Shown piece after piece: positions 31,565 through 41,493 of a stretch of DNA of 64,000 bases. The stretch covers positions 896,001 to 960,000 of the forward strand of contig CAUVWX020000001.1 of assembly GCA_963555815.3 (NCBI GenBank), read 5' to 3'. Numbering within the stretch: the stretch's first letter is position 1; each line of letters begins with the position of its first letter. The notes beneath the pieces were generated by a model, which saw only the letters and a list, made by a program, of their open reading frames with translations, did no database searches and was not told where the DNA came from. Source of the stretch: a bacterium (GTDB taxonomy: Bacteria > UBA8248 > JACPRG01 > G963555815). The position numbers and the translations under genes were made by a program.

Positions 31565-31567
31565 GGT

Positions 31568-32668
31568 TTAGCCTATCCGATTTAGAAGCCAGTCTTTCAT
31601 TGCCGGGAAAAGGTCATAACCGTCGTGGGGTCCCGGGGAGGCCTCGGGGTGGTACTGCACGGTCCAGAGGGGAGGGTCATCACAGGCAAGCCCCTCCAAG
31701 GTTTCGTCGTTGAGGCTGCGGTGGCTCACCCGGACCCCTGGCGGGAGGCTCTTCTCATCCACAGCGAAGGAGTGGTTGTGGACGCCAATTCGAACTGATC
31801 CAGTGGTCAGGTCCTGCACGGGGTGGTTTCCCCCATGGTGGCCAAACTTCATCTTGTACGTCCGGGCCCCGATGGCCAGGGCGGCCAACTGATGCCCCAG
31901 GCAGATTCCAGTGATGGGCACACGGCCCAAGAGGGATTTTATGTTGGAGATGGGCGTCGAGAGCGCCGCCGGATCACCAGGCCCGTTGGAGAGGAAGACG
32001 GCCACCGGGCTGTCCGCCAGGACCTCTTTGGCGGGGACGTTGGACGGATAGACTCGCAGGGCAAAATATTCTGCAAGTTGTTGCAGGATCGCCCGCTTGA
32101 CGCCAAAGTCATAGACCCCCAGTAGAGGGCGGCCCGCCCCGGGGGGCGCGCCGAAGTCATGGGGCTCCCGGCAGGTCACGCCGGAGACGAGATCCCTACC
32201 CTCCATTCGGGGGAGGGATCGAGCGCGCTCTAACAGGGGATTCGGATCAAGCTCCGTCCTGGAGAGAATGGCCCGAAGAGGCCCGGCCTGGCGGATGTGG
32301 AGGGTCAGGGCTCGAGTGTCGATCCCGTGGATGCCGGGGGTGCCGCAAGCCCGCATCAACTCCTCCAAGCTTCCTGTGGCGCGCCAGTGGCCTTGAGGGA
32401 CCGAAAGCTCTCGGACGATGAAGGCTTCCGCCCCGGGCCTCTCAGATTCCATCTGCTCGGGGTGGATACCGTAGTTGCCGATATGAGGATAGGTCATGAC
32501 GACCATCTGGCCGACATAGGACGGGTCGGTCAGGATCTCCAGATAGCCGGCCATGCTGGTGTTGAACACCAGTTCCCCGGCAGCGTCTGAGTCCGCCCCG
32601 ATGCCCTGACCGACGAACGTGCGACCGTCTTCTAGGACGAGGATTGCCTTGTTGGAGCCAGTGCTCAT
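31568..32668 (-). CDS. carA: Carbamoyl-phosphate synthase small subunit
   Basis: LSNGPGDP, GICLGHQ, QYHPEASPGPHD. Confidence 0.98.
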   Translation of the reverse strand: MSTGSNKAILVLEDGRTFVGQGIGADSDAAGELVFNTSMAGYLEILTDPSYVGQMVVMTYPHIGNYGIHPEQMESERPGAEAFIVRELSVPQGHWRATGSLEELMRACGTPGIHGIDTRALTLHIRQAGPLRAILSRTELDPNPLLERARSLPRMEGRDLVSGVTCREPHDFGAPPGAGRPLLGVYDFGVKRAILQQLAEYFALRVYPSNVPAKEVLADSPVAVFLSNGPGDPAALSTPISNIKSLLGRVPITGICLGHQLAALAIGARTYKMKFGHHGGNHPVQDLTTGSVRIGVHNHSFAVDEKSLPPGVRVSHRSLNDETLEGLACDDPPLWTVQYHPEASPGPHDGYDLFPAMKDWLLNRIG

Positions 32669-32800
32669 TTTGGTAAGTCGGACCGGAAGGTCGACCTCCG
32701 CTTAAAGTGCGCGGAGTCTACCTGAGCAGGACCCTCACGTCAATGGAAAAGGTTGCAGAGGATCCTCGGTTCGCAGGTTCCCCATAACCCGTTGATTTTC

Positions 32801-32888
32801 TGGTGCCGGGGGTGGGAGTCGAACCCACATAGGGACTAAACCCTCGAGGATTTTAAGTCCCCTGCGTATACCGTTCCGCCACCCCGGC
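32801..32888 (-). tRNA. tRNA-Leu (anticodon TAA)
   Basis: Reverse complement GCCGGGGTGGCGGAACGGTATACGCAGGGGACTTAAAATCCTC...GTGGGTTCGACTCCCACCCCCGGCACCA; long variable arm, encoded CCA. Confidence 0.95.
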
Positions 32889-33008
32889 GTGCTTGATTTT
32901 CAAAGAGTTAATTTACCCCGTCGTGGACTGACTTGCCAGAGTGCCCGTTTTTGCGTCTTCCGTCGAGAAGGGCCGCTGTGCGAACCCAACCCGTCCAAAG
33001 GCCGGGGA

Positions 33009-33176
33009 CTAAAGGCCGGCCACGATATTGTTTAGTAAAATGGCGAGATTACCTCCGAACAAGGTCAGGACGGTAACAGCCGACATTGCCACCAACGTAA
33101 TGATGAGAACATATTCGACCAGCCCTTGGCCTTCTCTCGCCCGCCAGAACTCGCTAAAGGTCCTTCTTCGGATCAC
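33009..33176 (-). CDS. Flp family type IVb pilin (55 aa; absent from ORF track)
   Basis: Hand translation: (M)IRRRTFSEFWRAREG/QGLVEYVLIITLVAMSAVTVLTLFGGNL...AGL*; Flp G/QxxxEY motif; AGGGGA upstream of GTG. Confidence 0.85.
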   Translation of the reverse strand: MIRRRTFSEFWRAREGQGLVEYVLIITLVAMSAVTVLTLFGGNLAILLNNIVAGL

Positions 33177-33381
33177 TCGTCTTCCCCTATGTGAATTCTC
33201 GAGGATGTCTTGGACTTTCTATGCACCCTGTCACTTCTATACCGCATCCTGATATTCCCCTTGGATCCCTCAGGGGAATCTACTACGTTGGTGAGGCCCT
33301 GTCATCTGCCCCAAGGAAGGGAAGATCAAGATTGCCCTTTTGCCTCCCCTCGCGAGCGCATCCGGTCAGGAGACAAGAACC

Positions 33382-33411
33382 TTGACAATTTCAGGGCGGA
33401 TTTTTTATAAC
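33382..33411 (+). promoter_or_regulatory. Sigma70-type promoter TTGACA-18-TATAAC
   Basis: Consensus -35 and near-consensus -10 upstream of the 33454 ORF. Confidence 0.5.
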
Positions 33412-33453
33412 TCACTCAATTCTTAAAGTTTATAGTCTGAGGGGAGGTGCCCG

Positions 33454-33825
33454 TTGAAGGTTGAGGCTCGTACCTTCTGGCAAGAGTTTCAAAAGGGTGC
33501 TCGGCGGGTTGCCGAAATTGCGCGGGATGAGACGGTGCGGGTCTCGAGGATGGGCACCCTTCGTCTTGACATCGTGCAGCTCTCAAGAGCTCGAAAGGAG
33601 CGTTGTCGGCGACTTGGCGGAAGACTCTACGACCTCCTCGTCAGGGGCGAAACCCCTTCGGCCGAGCTTTTCAAAGATGATCAGGCATTCATCGCCAAGC
33701 TCGACGAGCAGATGGCCGACAAGCGGACCCAAATTAAAGAGCTTCGGGTGTCCAGGGGACAAAAGGCCTGGTCCCCCGGCGCAGGGGACGGGGATGAGGA
33801 TGAGGAGCGCGTCGCTGGCCCCTGA
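33454..33825 (+). CDS. Hypothetical coiled-coil protein
   Basis: GAGGTG RBS; helical pattern (..RLGGRLYDL..). Confidence 0.6.
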   Translation: MKVEARTFWQEFQKGARRVAEIARDETVRVSRMGTLRLDIVQLSRARKERCRRLGGRLYDLLVRGETPSAELFKDDQAFIAKLDEQMADKRTQIKELRVSRGQKAWSPGAGDGDEDEERVAGP

Positions 33826-33873
33826 ATCCTTGCGTTTCCCGCGGGGTTATAATAGATTTCAAATCATGCAAGT

Positions 33874-33949
33874 GGGGCTGTAGCTCAACTGGGAGAGCGC
33901 ATGACTGGCAGTCATGAGGTCGGGGGTTCGACCCCCCCCAGCTCCACCA
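33874..33949 (+). tRNA. tRNA-Ala (anticodon GGC)
   Basis: GGGGCTGTAGCTCAACTGGGAGAGCGCATGACTGGCAGTCATGAGGTCGGGGGTTCGACCCCCCCCAGCTCCACCA; 76 nt cloverleaf with G3-U70. Confidence 0.96.
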
Positions 33950-34246
33950 AATATTTCAAGGTGTTGCGAGAATTGTCGCAGCCAACTTTTTTTGTTTGGG
34001 TGCGTATAGGGTGCGGGTAAGTGCATGAATCGGAGACGGCTAATTATCGGAATCTTGGTAACTCTATTGATGAGGTAGCTTCAGAGAAAGACTTAACTTG
34101 TGCGGGGACACTCCTCAAAACGTCCCTTCCCCCCACCCCCGATCTTGCCTCGAGTCCCAGGGATTAAGAATCCACCGGGTTTTTAAGATAAACTTGCCCT
34201 GTCTCACGGGAGCGCACCTCTGACCCCTCCCAAGGAGGGTAACCCC

Positions 34247-35821
34247 ATGGTCCTTGCTCGAAAGAGCCTCGCGTTTCCCCTTTTGGCCGCCAGTCTACTT
34301 ATCCTTTCGTCTTGCACAGTCTCGGAATCGGACCGTTTAGATGCTGAGGTAACTCGGCTCCACGAAGCCGGCCAGTATGCGGAGGCGGTCCCGCTTGCCC
34401 AGCGTTCCCTGGCCGTCCGTGAGAAAACCCTACCCCCCGAGCATCCCGACGTGGCCAAGAGCCTGAACAACCTGGGTTTGCTCTACGATTCCCTGGGTCG
34501 CTACGGGGAGGCCGAACCCCTCTACAAACGCTCGCTCGCCATCTCGGAGAAAGCCCTGGGCCCTGAACATCCGCAGGTGGCCACGGGCCTCAACAACCTG
34601 GCTGAGGTCTACAGGGTGCTGGCCCGCTATGGAGAGGCCGAGCCTCTCTACCAGCGCGCCATCGCGATTGATGAGAAAGCCTTTGGGCCCGAGCATCCAG
34701 GGCTAGCCATAGACCTCAACAACCTGGCCTTGCTCTATTACGACCAGGCCCGCTATGGGGAAGCCGAGCCCCTCTTTCGGCGCTCCATTGCCATTTGGGA
34801 GAACGTCCATGGTCCCGAGCACATCAACGTAGCGACGGGTGTGAACAATCTGGCCTTGCTCTATCACGGCATGGGCCGCTATGGGGAGGCCGAACCCCTC
34901 TACAAACGCTCGCTCGCCATCTCGGAGAAAACCCTGGGCCCTGAACATCCCGAGGTGGCCACGGGCCTCAACAACCTGGCTGAGGTCTACAGGGTGCTGG
35001 CCCGCTACGAGGAGGCCGAACCCCTCTACAAACGCTCGCTCGCCATCTCGGAGAAAGCCCTGGGCCCTGAACATCCGCAGGTGGCCACGGGCCTCAACAA
35101 CCTGGCTGAGGTCTACAGGGAGCTGGCCCGCTATGGAGAGGCCGAGCCTCTCTTTCGGCGCGCCATCGCGATTGATGAGAAAGCCTTTGGGCCCGAGCAT
35201 CCAGGGCTAGCCATAGACCTCAACAACCTGGCCTTGCTCTATTACGACCAGGCCCGCTATGGGGAAGCCGAACTCCTTCACCAACGCTCCCTGACAATCA
35301 GGGAGAAAGCCCTCGGCCCCGCGCATCCCGATGTAGCCCAGAGCCTGAACAATCTGGCTTTGCTCTACGATTCTCTGAGCCGCTACGAGGAGGCCGAACC
35401 CCTCTACAAACGCTCGCTCGCCATCTCGGAGAAAGCCCTGGGCCCTGAACATCCGCAGGTGGCCACGGGCCTCAACAACCTGGCTGAGGTCTACAGGGTG
35501 CTGGCCCGCTATGGAGAGGCCGAGCCTCTCTACCAGCGCGCCATCGCGATTGATGAGAAAGCCTTTGGGCCCGAGCATCCAGGGCTAGCCATAGACCTCA
35601 ACAACCTGGCCTTGCTCTATTACGACCAGGCCCGCTATGGGGAAGCCGAACTCCTCTACAAACGCTCGCTCGCCATCCTTGAGCAAAGCTTGGGGCCGGA
35701 CCATTCGCACATCGTTTTGGCTCTGGACAACCTTGCCAACCTCTACGTGGAGCTTGGAAGGGGGGAGGAGGCCGCCGCGCTCTCGGCCCGGGCGAAGGCA
35801 ATACAGGCAAGGCTGGAATAG
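34247..35821 (+). CDS. TPR-repeat lipoprotein with about 11 tandem 42-aa repeats
   Basis: LSSC lipobox; GPEHP..ATGLNNLA..Y...RYGEAEPLY repeats. Confidence 0.9.
   Translation: MVLARKSLAFPLLAASLLILSSCTVSESDRLDAEVTRLHEAGQYAEAVPLAQRSLAVREKTLPPEHPDVAKSLNNLGLLYDSLGRYGEAEPLYKRSLAISEKALGPEHPQVATGLNNLAEVYRVLARYGEAEPLYQRAIAIDEKAFGPEHPGLAIDLNNLALLYYDQARYGEAEPLFRRSIAIWENVHGPEHINVATGVNNLALLYHGMGRYGEAEPLYKRSLAISEKTLGPEHPEVATGLNNLAEVYRVLARYEEAEPLYKRSLAISEKALGPEHPQVATGLNNLAEVYRELARYGEAEPLFRRAIAIDEKAFGPEHPGLAIDLNNLALLYYDQARYGEAELLHQRSLTIREKALGPAHPDVAQSLNNLALLYDSLSRYEEAEPLYKRSLAISEKALGPEHPQVATGLNNLAEVYRVLARYGEAEPLYQRAIAIDEKAFGPEHPGLAIDLNNLALLYYDQARYGEAELLYKRSLAILEQSLGPDHSHIVLALDNLANLYVELGRGEEAAALSARAKAIQARLE
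34433..35818 (+). repeat. Intragenic 126-bp tandem repeat array, near-identical units
   Basis: Blocks such as GCCGAACCCCTCTACAAACGCTCGCTCGCCATCTCGGAGAAA recur at multiples of 126 nt. Confidence 0.9.
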
Positions 35822-36330
35822 CGGTGATGAAGCCCAATGCCCACTTAGGAAAGAAGCAATTGGCTAGACGCTTGGACGCCCTGTTTAAGGCCTATCTAGT
35901 CAATTCGGGGCAATTTCAAAATTGATCAATCTGCTTTTATCCCGGTTTTGACGCGCTCGGGACATCGGGATTACACCTGCTCTGCGGAGAGAACAATATC
36001 GCTTGACTACCCAGGGGTAATATTAGTGGAGTGCCCTATAGCCAGGACTATTAATGGTTGTCTTTTTCAACCGGATTTGTCGAAAATGACAATTCTTGGC
36101 AAACTGATATTGGCAAACATCAAACGGGTTCGAAACGGTGAGTCCGGAAACCGATTGAATTAATGGAAATTCTGGGAGCCGGACAGACCAGCTGGGGCGG
36201 GTTGACCATTTTGACAACTTTTGCTGTTGCGACCCGACATTGGTCTCCTGAACTGGATTCATTTGTTTGCAGTGTGTTTGCAGAAAAGAACAAATGGGCT
36301 GCGGCAATTCTAGCAACATCTTGATTTTAT

Positions 36331-36378
36331 TGGTGGAGCTGGGGGGGGGTCGAACCCCCGACCTCATGACTGCCAGTC
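36331..36378 (-). mobile_element. att-like duplicate of the tRNA-Ala(GGC) 3' half, inverted relative to the intact gene
   Basis: Reverse complement equals tRNA 33903-33949 except for one extra C in the homopolymer; 5' half absent. Confidence 0.9.
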
Positions 36379-36554
36379 GGTTTTCGGCCTATCTCAAGAC
36401 CCCCGCCGTTGCTTTCAATCCCTCCACTATCAATGGATTCTGGAATCGGCCGCCCCCAACCCTATACCGCGGCATACCCCTTTGAGGGTGCAAGTTGGAG
36501 ACTTTTTGGAGACCCACCCCATCCGCCGGTTGCACGTTTCACAGTGAGGGCAGC

Positions 36555-36752
36555 ATGATTGAACTGGTGATAGGTGGCGCACTCTTAGCAGTTGTGGCCT
36601 TGACGCTATGGGCGCTGATAAGAGGGACACCCTACCAGGAAAGGCGCAAGGCTAGACCACTAGCAGCAGCACCGGGCGCTAGGACTCCAAGTCCTGAGCG
36701 CCCCAGGTGCGCCCGGACATATCGTACTGCCCCCCGACAAGCGAGCGAATGA
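36555..36752 (+). CDS. Small hypothetical membrane protein
   Basis: GAGGG RBS; one TM helix MIELVIGGALLAVVALTLWALI. Confidence 0.35.
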   Translation: MIELVIGGALLAVVALTLWALIRGTPYQERRKARPLAAAPGARTPSPERPRCARTYRTAPRQASE

Positions 36753-37517
36753 TGAGCGCCCCGCGCCCTGGCGTCCGCGCCCAGGTGCGCGCCGGGACCG
36801 CGCTTCGCGTTAGCGCGCCCTTTAACCGGCAGCTGCGCCTATCACTGATGAGACTACTATTGATAGCGCGTTCTTCGAGTGGGCCCTTCGCCCCGAAACC
36901 CCGACCGGGGGGTAGCCCCCCACCCACCCCCGAGCAGAGGCGGAGTCCCAACCACAACAAATCCTGAACCCCAATTTTCTCAGGACCCCTACCCTATCGC
37001 TACCCAAAGCTCCTCCCGCCACCGCTCCCATTCTTCCTTTGCCTCAGGGATGAGGTCCTGGTATTCCTTCAGGTTCTTAGCGATGGTAAACTGTCTCATG
37101 TAAATCAGCCAATGGGGGCGACATGATCCGCTTCCCATCCCGCCTAGGTTTATCCCTCTCCCTGGTTCTTCTGGCCGCTTCCCTTGCCCTGGCCGCCGAG
37201 CGTTCCCGGCGGCAGGAGGTGTCTTTGCGGGTTGAACCCTCGGAAAGGTCTCCGACGGGGGCAGTCCGCCCCTTCCCCCAGCGGATGACCGGCAACCCCC
37301 CTCGCAAGGGGTTTGGGAATTTATTGACAGAGCCTTCAGAAGGAAGTCAAATGGTTTTCGTCGGTTTAGGGGACCGGAAGGCCAGCGTTGAAGGTTGATA
37401 TGGGAAATTCCGGCTGAGAATCTTTAGGGGGCGGTCCTCTCTCATTTTGGGGGCTTAGACGCTCACGGTCGCCGAGGGGCCGGGCGGGGGGAGCACATCG
37501 TTTCTCCAAGATGGGTC

Positions 37518-38936
37518 ATGTCCGGTAGGAAAAGGGGACCTTTGACCCTCCGGTGGGCCATATTCTTCCCTCTCTTCTTACTCTTCTCTTTCGTCATATC
37601 CCGGGCCCTGCCTCCCCGCGTCTTGGCAGAGGAAGAAAAGGCCATTCCGAAAAAAGTTTTCCTCCTCCCCGTGAGCGGGGTTATCGACCTTGGGCTTGCG
37701 CCCTTCACGGAACGTGTCCTTCAGGAAGCGGCCAAGGCTGGGGCCCGAGCCGTTATCTTGGAGATCAGTACCCCGGGGGGCCGGGTGGACGCCGCAATCC
37801 AGATGCGTGACGCCCTTCTGAGATCCCCCGTGCGGACGGTCGCCTTCGTGGATCGGGAGGCCTTCTCGGCGGGCGCCCTCATCGCCTTGGCCGCGGACCT
37901 CCTCTACATGGCGCCGGGCGCGGTCATCGGGGCCGCCACACCCGTCGGGGCCAGTGGCGAGAAGCTGGGGGAGAAGCATGTCTCGGCCATCCGAAAGCTC
38001 TTCCGGGCAACGGCCGAAGCGCGCGGCAAGCCCCCCGAGCTGGCCGAGGCGATGGTGGATGAGGATGTGGAGGTGGCCGGAGTCATTGCCAAGGGAAAGC
38101 TCCTGACGCTCACGACCCGGGAGGCCTTAAGCCTCAAAGTAGCCGACGGGGAGGCCGCTGACCTCAAGGACCTTCTGGGAAAGCTGGGCCTTGAGCGGAC
38201 CGTCCTGGTCCAATCGACCCCTTCCCTGGCTGAGCGGTTTGTCCGTTTCCTCACCAATCCTGTCGTGGCCTCCCTCCTCCTGACGGTTGGCTTCCTGGGG
38301 CTCCTCGCCGAGCTCTATACCCCCGGATTGGGGATCGCAGGCGGCTTGGGCGTCACTGCCCTGGCCCTTCACTTTGGCGGCCACTATCTAGTGGGCCTCG
38401 CCGGATGGGAGGAGGCCCTCCTCATCCTCGGCGGATTTGCGCTTCTGGCCATTGAGGTCTTCGTCCTGCCGGGCTTCGGGGTGGCGGGGGTCCTGGGGTC
38501 CCTTTCCCTCCTCGCCGGCCTGTACCTTACCTTCCTCGGCTCATTCCCCACCCCAGAGGACCTCAGGCGGGCGGGGGGGTCCCTGGGAGCGTCGGTCGTC
38601 CTTGTCCTGGCCGGAGGGTTGGCCCTGACGTTCCTCCTGCCAAGGACGCCCCTCTGGGCGCGCATAAGTCTTAAAAGGAGGCTCACCGAGGAGGCCCCGC
38701 TGGGCGGCTCAGAGGGTGGGCTCCTCGGACAGGAAGGCGTGGCCGTGACCGACCTTCGCCCCAGCGGGAAGGTCAGGTTTGGAGAGTGTCCCGTCGATGT
38801 AGTGTCTGAAGGGGAGTTCATCCCCAAAGACACGCCGGTCCGGGTGGTGAGCGCCACGCGCTACCGAGTCGTCGTGAAGCCCGGGGATCCCGAGGAGAAT
38901 GGCCCCGACCCCTCAAAGAAGGAGGAGACCCAATGA
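37518..38936 (+). CDS. nfeD: NfeD family membrane protein (YqeZ-like, long form)
   Basis: [50 protein letters not shown]. Confidence 0.9.
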   Translation: MSGRKRGPLTLRWAIFFPLFLLFSFVISRALPPRVLAEEEKAIPKKVFLLPVSGVIDLGLAPFTERVLQEAAKAGARAVILEISTPGGRVDAAIQMRDALLRSPVRTVAFVDREAFSAGALIALAADLLYMAPGAVIGAATPVGASGEKLGEKHVSAIRKLFRATAEARGKPPELAEAMVDEDVEVAGVIAKGKLLTLTTREALSLKVADGEAADLKDLLGKLGLERTVLVQSTPSLAERFVRFLTNPVVASLLLTVGFLGLLAELYTPGLGIAGGLGVTALALHFGGHYLVGLAGWEEALLILGGFALLAIEVFVLPGFGVAGVLGSLSLLAGLYLTFLGSFPTPEDLRRAGGSLGASVVLVLAGGLALTFLLPRTPLWARISLKRRLTEEAPLGGSEGGLLGQEGVAVTDLRPSGKVRFGECPVDVVSEGEFIPKDTPVRVVSATRYRVVVKPGDPEENGPDPSKKEETQ

Positions 38937-39922
38937 GTCCCATTTTGATTCCTGTTCTTGTCGTGTTGCTTCTTGTGGTGTTCTTCTCCTTTCTTTACTT
39001 CGTTCCCGTGGGGCTCTGGGTCACCGCCTTCTTCTCCGGCGTTCCAGTGAGCCTCTTTACCCTCGTGGGGATGCGCCTTCGGAAGGTGAACCCCCATTAC
39101 ATCATCCGGCCCTTGATCAGTGCCACCAAGGCGGGCCTGGATCTGGATATTGACGCTCTGGAGGCACACCACCTGGCCGGGGGGGACGTGGGGATCGTCG
39201 TCAACGCCCTCATCTCGGCCGAAAAGGCCAACATCGAACTCGATTTCCAACGGAGCACCGCCATTGACCTCGCCGGGAGGGATGTCCTGGAGGCCGTCAA
39301 GGTGAGCGTCAACCCCAAGGTCATCGAGACCCCCCGCGTGATGGCCGTCGCCAAGGACGGCATCCAGCTCATTGCCCTGGCCCGGGTGACGGTCCGCGCC
39401 AACATCGAGCGGCTCGTGGGTGGGGCGGGGGAAGAGACGATTCTGGCCCGCGTGGGAGAGGGGATCGTCTCCACCATCGGCTCCGCTAAAAGTCACAAGG
39501 AGGTCCTCGAGAACCCAGACTCCATCTCGAAGTCGGTCCTCGCGAAAGGCCTCGATTCCGGAACGGCCTTTGAGATCCTCTCCATCGACATCGCCGATGT
39601 GGACGTAGGAAAGAACATTGGCGCCGCCCTTCAAATGGACCAGGCGGAGGCCGATAAGCGGATCGCCCAGGCCAAGGCGGAGGAGCGCCGGGCCATGGCG
39701 GTCGCCCTGGAACAGGAGATGAAGGCCCTCATCCATGAAATGCGGGCTAAGGTGGTCGAGGCGGAGGCTGAGCTCCCCCGGGCGATAGGCGAGGCCTTCC
39801 GCCAGGGGAACCTAGGCATCATGGACTACTACAACATGCGGAACCTGCAGGCCGACACTGAGATGCGCCGCTCCTTGGGGCAGACAGAGGAGGAAAAGGG
39901 GAGCATGGGCGCACCCGAGTAG
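38933..39922 (+). CDS. floA: Flotillin-like protein FloA (YqfA)
   Basis: [45 protein letters not shown]. Confidence 0.92.
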   Translation: MSPILIPVLVVLLLVVFFSFLYFVPVGLWVTAFFSGVPVSLFTLVGMRLRKVNPHYIIRPLISATKAGLDLDIDALEAHHLAGGDVGIVVNALISAEKANIELDFQRSTAIDLAGRDVLEAVKVSVNPKVIETPRVMAVAKDGIQLIALARVTVRANIERLVGGAGEETILARVGEGIVSTIGSAKSHKEVLENPDSISKSVLAKGLDSGTAFEILSIDIADVDVGKNIGAALQMDQAEADKRIAQAKAEERRAMAVALEQEMKALIHEMRAKVVEAEAELPRAIGEAFRQGNLGIMDYYNMRNLQADTEMRRSLGQTEEEKGSMGAPE

Positions 39923-39956
39923 CCTTTCCGTTAGCGGATCTTAAGGAGTGTGAGAG

Positions 39957-40292
39957 ATGGAAGACGAAGCAAAACGCCTCCCCTACGGCCATCTCTATTG
40001 GGACCTGGACGAGGAGGAGGGGAATCAGGATGAACCCCCCGCCCACGCTGAGGAGGCCCGATCAGACGCTCCTGAGGAGACCAATCAATATGAGCCAACC
40101 CCCGGCCTGGGGGAAAAGAGGCCCCATCCGCTGGGAGACCTCTTTACGCCGGAGGGACTTCGCCGGGCCTTTCTCCTTCAGGCGGTGCTCTCGAGACCCA
40201 GGCCTCTCAGGCGAAGACCCCGCCAAAGCCGCCCTTCTGGACGAGGGCCCTCCCCTCCATCCTCGTCCCCAATTCCCCCCGCCGGGGTGTGA
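39957..40292 (+). CDS. Hypothetical protein, YqfB-like third gene of the nfeD-floA operon
   Basis: Acidic N-half; LRRAFLLQAVLSRPRPLR C-terminal motif; position. Confidence 0.5.
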   Translation: MEDEAKRLPYGHLYWDLDEEEGNQDEPPAHAEEARSDAPEETNQYEPTPGLGEKRPHPLGDLFTPEGLRRAFLLQAVLSRPRPLRRRPRQSRPSGRGPSPPSSSPIPPAGV

Positions 40293-41493
40293 TGGAAAGA
40301 GGGGGCAAAGGGGACGCTCTCTTAAAGGCCCTCACCTTCGCGGTGGATAGGCTCCTTGAACAATTCTCATTTCAGGCATCGTTTTCGATGGTCTGAAATA
40401 ATCCGCTGACCCAGCTGCGCTCTATATGGGCAGAACCCCATTAAGGACCTTCGTACAGCTTAAGGGTCTTTGTGGCCGTGCAGCCCGCCAGAAGAAAAAT
40501 GCAGAGTAGTCCCATCAAACGAAAAGTAAGATGGTCTCTGATTCGAGGGCGGCACCCTGCGTCATCCCAGAGGACCTCCCTTGGCGGTCGTAGTATCTCG
40601 GAAACTCCCTCTCAGTAAGGGATGTCGACCTGCCCAAAGTGGCCACTGTGCTGTTCCTCCAAGGGTTCCGGCCCGTCGCCGATGGAGATTGTCCCGTCTT
40701 CCCTCACGAATGCCCCGAAGTGAGAACACTGTCCACAGCTTAGTCGATAGGCAGACCAGCTTGATAAAGGAGTGGCGTTTCGTGGGAGCTGTCCGATAAA
40801 GAGCAAATTGCTTACCGAGGCTTCTGTAAGTACGAACGGCCCTATGGGTGTGCGTGCGCACCACACCGAATCCAATCCCTTAAAAAGAAGATCGGTCGTA
40901 ATTGGAATCATCTCGAAACTCCCTTCGTTATGCCCCTCCGTTGTCATGCTTTGCGCTCCTTGGCGGTGCCTTCCGCCGAGAGGCGCTTCAACTCCCGAAG
41001 AACGGCGCCTCTGACGAAGTCCGAAATACATCCCTTGAAGGATCTAATCTCCATAACTGCTTCTTGCAAATTAAGTGACGACATCCCATAGGCGGATGGT
41101 CGAGGAGAGGTGGGAACCCATCATGCTCGTGGGTCACCTTCCTCATCTGCCCGCCGCGACACCCAGAGCATCCCCACGCCCCCCCCCCCCCCCCCCCCCC
41201 ACGAAAGCCCCTGGGGGCTATCTTCTAAGGGGCGACCATAGGGGGTTTCACAGAAAAAACCACGGCGGTTTCACAATCCACCGCGCCCGTATAAAGCCCT
41301 GTCAGTTACAGACTGGTAGCAACGTGCTACAGGAATGCTACGGGAATTCGCTCTCCCAAATGAACTTAGCCTATTCAGCCTGCCTCCACAGAGCCCCCCC
41401 CTTCACGGCCAAGACCGCAAATCGCGGAATCACGTGCCGCACCGCGCTTTCTTCCCTACGTGTTTCTCCAAGAGCTCGAGAGACACTGGTCAG

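Noticed and set aside
34433..35818. Regular repeats as a possible CRISPR array or DGR target
   Set aside because: In-frame 126-bp coding repeats without unique spacers; no cas or reverse transcriptase genes in the window
36331..36410. Second intact tRNA-Ala
   Set aside because: Similarity stops at the anticodon stem; D-arm and 5' acceptor strand are missing
36690..37100. GC-rich short repeats (CCCAGGTGCGC twice) and a GGGGGGTAGCCCCCC hairpin as a phage packaging or origin site
   Set aside because: No terminase, rep or relaxase gene nearby; too weak in GC-rich DNA
40585..40930. Imperfect repeat ATCTCG(G)AAACTCCCT and a short minus-strand ORF
   Set aside because: Only two degenerate copies and no recognisable protein; cannot be supported as a feature
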